Shown in pieces: positions 63,357 to 64,000 of a stretch of DNA of 64,000 nucleotides. Origin of the DNA: an uncultured Planctomycetaceae bacterium (GTDB lineage Bacteria; Planctomycetota; Planctomycetia; Isosphaerales; Isosphaeraceae); NCBI GenBank assembly GCA_963833985.1, contig CAWIAD010000002.1:6528001-6592000 (forward strand). Reading direction: 5' to 3'. The first letter of the stretch is position 1, and every line of letters starts with the position of its first letter. The position numbers and the translations under genes are program-made. Below the pieces are notes generated by a model that was not told where the DNA came from, did no database searches, and saw only the letters and a program-made list of their open reading frames with translations.

Positions 63357-64000
63357 ATGTACCGGCGATTCTTCTTGCTTGCCCTGACCGCCGGCCCGGC
63401 GGCGTCTGTGCTCGTGCACGAGACGCTTGCCCAGCCTCCGACGAAAGGGCGCCGCGCGGCCACGCGGCGCGGAGTCAACCTGGCCGGTGCCGAGTTCGGC
63501 ACCTCGTCCCAGTTCTGCAACGAGCAGCCGGGCCAGTTCGGGCGCGACTACACCTACAACTCGGAGCGAACGGTGGCCTACTTCGCGCAGCAGGGCCTTC
63601 CCCTGTTGCGCGTTCCAGTCCTCTGGGAACGTCTCCAGCCCCGGCTGGGTCAAGCACTGGATCCGGCCGAACTGGGGCATCTCCGGCAACTGGCCGGCTG
63701 GGCCGGACGGCACCGGGCAACCATCGTCATCGACATCCACAACTACGGGCGGTATCGCCTTCGCCAGGAAGGCCGGATCGTGGAAGCCATCATCGATCAG
63801 GAGTTCGGCGGCCGGGTGCCCGTGACGCGCCAGCACTTCGCGGACCTGTGGGCCCGCCTCTCGGCCGCCTTCCGTGACGCGCCGGCCGTCGAGGCCTACG
63901 GACTGATGAACGAGCCGCACGACATGGGCCGCTCGGACTGGAAGGCGATCTCCCAGGCCGCCGTGACGGCGATCCGGCAGACCGGAGACCAGAAGCACAT
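63357..64000 (+). CDS. Glycoside hydrolase family 5 (endoglucanase-like), 3'-partial
   Basis: Open frame from ATG 63357 to the window end (absent from the ORF track): GVNLAGAEFG, LRVPVLWERLQP, IDIHNYGRY, GLMNEPHDM. Confidence 0.88.
   Translation, partial: MYRRFFLLALTAGPAASVLVHETLAQPPTKGRRAATRRGVNLAGAEFGTSSQFCNEQPGQFGRDYTYNSERTVAYFAQQGLPLLRVPVLWERLQPRLGQALDPAELGHLRQLAGWAGRHRATIVIDIHNYGRYRLRQEGRIVEAIIDQEFGGRVPVTRQHFADLWARLSAAFRDAPAVEAYGLMNEPHDMGRSDWKAISQAAVTAIRQTGDQKH

Noticed and set aside
1..64000. CRISPR arrays, tRNA and rRNA genes
   Set aside because: No regularly spaced repeat-spacer pattern or tRNA/rRNA signature was seen by eye; dedicated scanners were not run.

Overview
GC-rich window whose gene content points to a Planctomycetota genome, probably Isosphaeraceae-like (LE[D/P]RxLL-type N-termini on secreted proteins, TIGR02999-like ECF sigma/Ser-Thr kinase pairs, long YidC). 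The left third is housekeeping and catabolic: a GH2-like glycosidase, trmL/tsaB, a metallophosphoesterase, yidC, mnmE, fucU, an S8 protease with carbohydrate-binding modules and a SolA-like oxidase. The rest is accessory: a large secreted repeat protein, kinases, two tandem ECF+kinase-WD40 modules, serine hydrolases, and many mobile elements (ISKra4, IS701, IS630 with a nested IS1634, a TniA/TniB remnant, an integrase fragment). The most interesting locus is an AT-richer island at about 22.05-23.85 kb on the minus strand. It holds a candidate promoter/operator, a highly structured non-coding leader whose ends pair over the next gene's RBS, an 82-aa orphan ORF, an XRE HTH gene and a retron-type reverse transcriptase that breaks off before its catalytic YxDD motif. 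This resembles a type VI (HTH-associated) retron with a truncated RT. Many apparently single-base frameshifts, including in tsaB and mnmE, suggest assembly indel errors, so pseudogene calls are provisional. No rRNA, tRNA or CRISPR array was seen. All family assignments come from motif recognition by eye, not database searches.
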